From: Octopus bimaculoides
Taxonomy: Eukaryota
Assembly (NCBI RefSeq): GCF_001194135.2
Contig: NC_069000.1
Coordinates: 39,147,720 to 39,211,719 of the forward strand
DNA: 64,000 bases
Direction of reading: 5' to 3'
Shown: positions 63,558-64,000 of the stretch, in pieces
How the letters are laid out: the number at the start of each line of letters is the position of its first letter
Numbering within the stretch: the stretch's first letter is position 1
The notes under the pieces: generated by a model
What the model was told of the DNA's origin: nothing
Seen by the model: the letters and a program-made list of their open reading frames with translations, nothing else
Database searches by the model: none
Made by a program: the position numbers and the translations under genes

Positions 63558-63605
<48 letters not shown>

Positions 63606-64000
63606 TCTTTTATTTAAGAGGATAGTATTTAATAGTGTCTGGTAAAAGAGATAAGATTGGTTTAATGACAAGAATTGTAGGTGTATTGTCTCCTCTCCTC
63701 CCCCGCCATTCGTACACTAGGCATACTTTTTTTCAGTTCAGGTATTATTTAACATTCTTCGTATCCAATAACATGCGCTTGGTTTTTCATTATAGGCGAT
63801 GGCATTATATACAACAATGTATTTTTCTTTTTAATTTGGAAACCAATTAAATATACAACGTTTATCAAGTAAGCTTGTAACAACAATTGATTTATTGTAT
63901 AAGCACAAAACAGACTATTAAAATAATTTTCCTCTTTTCGAAATCTTATTATTAGAACCAGACATGAACAGAAAAACGAATGCATATATACAGACGCATA

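Overview
AT-rich, microsatellite-dense eukaryotic DNA with 14 N-gaps, most flanked by simple repeats, as expected for a short-read assembly. The repeat families and simple-repeat load point to an octopod cephalopod (Octopus-like) genome; this is inferred from recognised repeats, not from a database search. No intact protein-coding gene, rRNA, tRNA gene or CRISPR array can be supported. Almost all long ORFs in the track are N-gap or microsatellite artefacts. The window is intronic or intergenic and packed with TE relics: two tRNA-derived SINE families in many copies, three mariner relics (one near full length, D34D), a Tc1, mariner-derived MITEs and a Helentron-type non-autonomous element. LINE pieces come from the RTE, L1/Tx1 and R4/Dong clades, plus a Penelope-like GIY-YIG element. 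Best leads: (1) an apparently intact, dimer-compatible type I hammerhead ribozyme with a 46-nt helix II insert (55561-55647, minus); (2) a SINE whose 3' tail matches the Tx1 LINE 3' end in the same window; (3) Dong fragments piled up on (TAA)n microsatellites; (4) two long G.U-favoured hairpins (2059-2149, 11391-11496); (5) a CpG-rich island followed by weak candidate small exons on the plus strand.
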